Part shown: one piece after another, positions 60,651-64,000 of the stretch
How the letters are laid out: each line of letters starts with the position of its first letter
How positions within the stretch are numbered: the stretch's first letter is position 1
Assembly: GCF_018350175.1 (NCBI RefSeq)
Contig: NC_058368.1
Coordinates: 23,376,001-23,440,000, forward strand
Source: Felis catus
Lineage: Eukaryota
Direction of reading: 5' to 3'
Length of the DNA stretch: 64,000 bases
Program-made: the position numbers and the translations under genes
The notes under the pieces: model-generated
The model's database searches: none
Told to the model about the DNA's origin: nothing
The model's input: only the letters and a program-made list of their open reading frames with translations

Positions 60651-61039
60651 TAAAATAGGGGGTTACACCTTTGGGAGGGACTTATTTTGTCACAGATTGG
60701 TTCCTGCTCCAAGCGGTGGGTTAACTTAGAGTTCGTATTCTTTTCAAATTTGTATTAATTGGTTCTTCCTCCCAATGACCTCTGGATGTGGTAGAACGAA
60801 AGCTCTTGGCAGGTCGAGGCCCTGGAGGAGATGTCAGACATTTAGAGAAATCATAGAATATTCATTCCAGAGACAATGCACGCAGAGGCTCCCATTTACC
60901 GAATAGAAATGTGGCACAAAATTAAAAACCTCTTCTGTAATACTAAAAATTGTATCATTTCACAGGCTTATCTAGTTGTTTTATTTTTTCAGAATATGTC
61001 GCATGCCTTGTTTGTTTTCACTGTTAGCATGTTATTCTG

Positions 61040-61320
61040 TTACAGCTGAGGAAAAGTGACTCAGAAAGGTCAATTGATTTGTTAAGGTCAAACAATAAGA
61101 GCTTGTTTATTTGGTGCTTACTGTTGTCTCTTTACTATTTTAAGCATTTTACAGATATCAACTCATTTAATCCTAACAACCATCCTCTGAGGTAGGTTCT
61201 ATCATTAGCCTCATTTTTACGAGCAAGGGAAGTACGACCCAGAAAGGTTAATTAACTTGTCTAAGATCACACAGCTAGAAAGAAACTGAGTCAGGATTTG
61301 GACTCCTGTCGTCTGACTAA
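61040..61320 (-). mobile_element. MIR fragments
   Basis: CTCATTTAATCCTAACAACCATCCTCTGAGGTAGG...AACTTGTCTAAGATCACACAGCTAG. Confidence 0.8.
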
Positions 61321-62381
61321 GGAGGGCTGCCCACCTCCAAATGTCTGCAGGCCCCCAGGTCATGCTTCTAAGCATTCAGTTTTACTGTAATTAACCAGCA
61401 ATATAGGCTGGAATCTGAACCCAGTTTCACATTTTCAACTCTAATATTGATTCTTTTGCTCAAGATGGTAGCCATTTTGTTACAGTACCAAATATATAAT
61501 TTCATATAGATGCCTACTCTTTGTTAACAGTTTTATAAACTGTTAACTTGTAAATTTGGCCTCTTTTCTGCTAGGTTGCCTGCCATGTTTGATGGAAAGA
61601 CCTTCAAATGATAGCATTGGGAACCATCCCATAAACCTTGAGAAATCTATTGGGCTGTTCCTTCTGATTCCCAAGTGTCCCACATGGACCACAGGGCAGC
61701 TCTCAAGGTGCCAAGTCACATTTGCATGTGGGTACCTGACCTTTCCCTCCCTTTACCTTAGACCGAAATGGAAATCAGGCAGATGCCTTCTTGGGTTGCT
61801 CTCCCCAGGCCCCAACCTGAATCTAGCTCTCATGGTCTTATCCCTCTGAGAGTGAGACCTCAGATCTGGGGCCAGCCCCTCACTGCCTTCAGTATTTGTT
61901 AGCATCGTGCATGAACCAACTATTTCAGTGTGACTTTTAGGAGGAAGCATGGTGTAGGGAATATAGTGTGGGCTGAGGGTTGGGTCAGCTGGCCAGGGTT
62001 TTTATCTTTCCTCTGCAGTTTTCTCTCCTAAAGGCTCTCCTCCTCCTCTTCCATGACCTTATGCATGCACAGTAGAGGCAGCATGTGAAATGGCTCGTAT
62101 CTGTTTCTCCCACCAGATGTCAAGGTTGGTCTGCATTACCCTCTGTGTCTCCTGACATCACAGACACCAGCAGTTTGACATCCTAGAGAGAGGTGGTGTG
62201 GGGCTAGTGGCTGGAAAATGTTTACACTTGGACAGAAAGAATCAGACCACCTTCTACCTTCCACACACAGTACCTGAAGGGCTTACTTTCGAGAACTTTC
62301 CCAGATGCTGTTACATTGGATTCTCACAACAGTTCCCTCAACTAGTTCTATTATTATCTTAAAAGATCTTATGAGGTTTCT

Positions 62382-62546
62382 GGGGTGCCTGGGTGGCTCA
62401 GTTGGTTAAGTGTCCAACTTTGACTCAGGTCATGATTTCACGGTTTGTGAGTTCGAGCCCCACATCGGGCTCTGTGCTTACAGCTCAGAGCCTGAAGCCT
62501 GCTTCAGATTCTGTGTCTCCCTCTCTCTGCCCCTCCCCCACTTGTG

Positions 62547-62584
<38 letters not shown>

Positions 62585-62638
62585 ATGTCTATCTCTCTCT
62601 CAAAAATAAATAAACATTAAAAAGAATAAAAATAAATA
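62382..62638 (+). mobile_element. Can-SINE with internal (TG)n expansion
   Basis: SINEC body; (TG)n at ~62548-62582. Confidence 0.95.
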
Positions 62639-62842
62639 GGGGTGCCTGGGTGGCTCAGTCGGTCAAGTGACCATCTTTAGCTCAGGTCATGATCTCACAG
62701 TTCATGGGTTCGAGCCCTGTGTCGGGCTCTGTGCTGACAGCTCAGAGCCTGGAGTCTGCTTCAGATTCTCTGTCTCCCTCTCTCTCTGCCCCTCCCCCAC
62801 TCATGCTCTTTCTCTGTCTTAAAAATAAATGTTAAAAAAATA
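62639..62842 (+). mobile_element. Can-SINE, head-to-tail with the previous one
   Basis: The pair is flanked by a 20-bp TSD AAAAGATCTTATGAGGTTTC (62361-80 and 62843-62). Confidence 0.95.
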
Positions 62843-63132
62843 AAAAGATCTTATGAGGTTTCAAGCTTGCCCAAAGGGTAACACCAGGATTCAAATCCAG
62901 ATCTTTTTATCTTAACTCCAATGCTTTTTCATTACACCACACTGCTCTACCTGTTACCATGTTCTTTCAAGAACTTTCCAGAACATTATAAAGAAGACTT
63001 TATAGAATATCCAACCATTAGCTTTGAGCCACCCAATAATTTAGAGCTGATAATAATAATAATATCAGCTAATAATTATTGAATGCTTACTATGTGCCAG
63101 GCACTGCACTGAAAACTTTTTTTTTAATTTTT

Positions 63133-63340
63133 TTTTTCAACGTTTATTTATTTTTGGGACAGAGAGAGACAGAGCATGAACGGGGGAGGGGCAGAGAGAG
63201 AGGGAGACACAGAATCGGAAACAGGCTCCAGGCTCTGAGCCATCAGCCCAGAGCCTGACGCGGGGCTCAAACTCACGGACGGCGAGATCGTGACCTGGCT
63301 GAAGTCGGACGCTTAACCGACTGCGCCACCCAGACGCCCC
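63133..63340 (-). mobile_element. Young felid Can-SINE (SINEC_Fc-type) inserted in the tail of an older SINE
   Basis: Diagnostic CCATCAGCCC and CGTGACCTGGCTG. TSD TAATTTTT at 63125-32 and 63341-48. Confidence 0.96.
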
Positions 63341-63341
63341 T

Positions 63342-63365
63342 AATTTTTAAAAGTTTGTATTTATT

Positions 63366-63418
<53 letters not shown>

Positions 63419-63623
63419 GAGAGAGGGAGGGAGGGAGGGAGGGAGAGAATGAGAGAATGAGCACACAGGAGGGGCAGAGAGAGGGAGACAGAGAATCCTT
63501 AGCAGGCTCCACACTGGCAGTGCAGGACCTCATGCAGGGCTTGAGCTCATGAACCATGAGATCATGATCTGAGCCGAAATCAAGAGTTGGTCGCTTAACC
63601 AACTGAGTCACCCAAGTGCCCCT
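63342..63623 (-). mobile_element. Older Can-SINE with long (GA)n, inside a MIR
   Basis: Outer degenerate TSD TG(CA/TG)CTGA(A/G)AACTTT at ~63105-19 and ~63624-38. Confidence 0.93.
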
Positions 63624-63677
63624 GTGCTGAGAACTTTATGTGCATCAAATCTCATTTAAGTCTTAAAAACCCTATAT

Positions 63678-63855
63678 AGCTTTTCTCCTCAAAATGTGGT
63701 CCGCAGATCAGTTGCATGGGCATTACTAGGAACCTGTGAGAAATTCAGCTTTTAGAACCTGCTTCAGATCCCCTGAATCAGAGCCTGCATTTTACTAAGA
63801 TGTAGGCCACTTGTGTGATCGTGGATGTCTGAGATGTTCCACTCCTAGGAACTGC
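63678..63855. mobile_element. MER5A-like hAT MITE nested in a minus-strand MIR (MIR pieces to ~63970)
   Basis: CTCAAAATGTGGTCCGCAGATCAG...CTGAATCAGAGCCTGCATTTTA. Confidence 0.75.
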
Positions 63856-64000
63856 CCTGGCCCATTTTATGGAGGAGAAAAATAAGGCTTGGGGAGATTT
63901 CAGGAACTTAGGTGTCCATTTAGCCAGTACGTTCAAACCAGGCTGCCTGCCTCCAAAGTCTTGCACATCACAAATGGCTACTTTCCATATCTGAGCCTTG

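Overview
This window is non-coding, repeat-rich genomic DNA from a felid. It carries about 27 carnivore tRNA-derived Can-SINEs, including young felid SINEC_Fc-type copies with intact target-site duplications (TSDs), plus felid and carnivore L1 3' ends. Older repeats include L1M, L2 and MIR, MaLR/ERVL/ERV1/ERV2-type solo LTRs, and hAT/Tigger DNA-transposon relics. I find no credible protein-coding gene, tRNA, rRNA or CRISPR. The listed ORFs are explained by SINE, L1 or LTR sequence, simple repeats or chance. I found no convincing novel biological system. The best leads are: (i) a near full-length, ORF2-deleted L1MD-like element with a ~2.5-kb internal inversion; (ii) a class-II-like solo LTR with clustered forkhead motifs, hit by a TSD-less young L1; (iii) + strand exon candidates and a strong antisense L1 bias, suggesting an intron-rich + strand (possibly lncRNA) transcription unit; (iv) an unexplained ~89-bp degenerate repeat array inside an 11-bp inverted repeat; (v) a DUP-INV-DUP template-switch scar. 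Repeat subfamily names come from my recollection of consensus sequences, not from a database search. Boundaries of old repeats are approximate.
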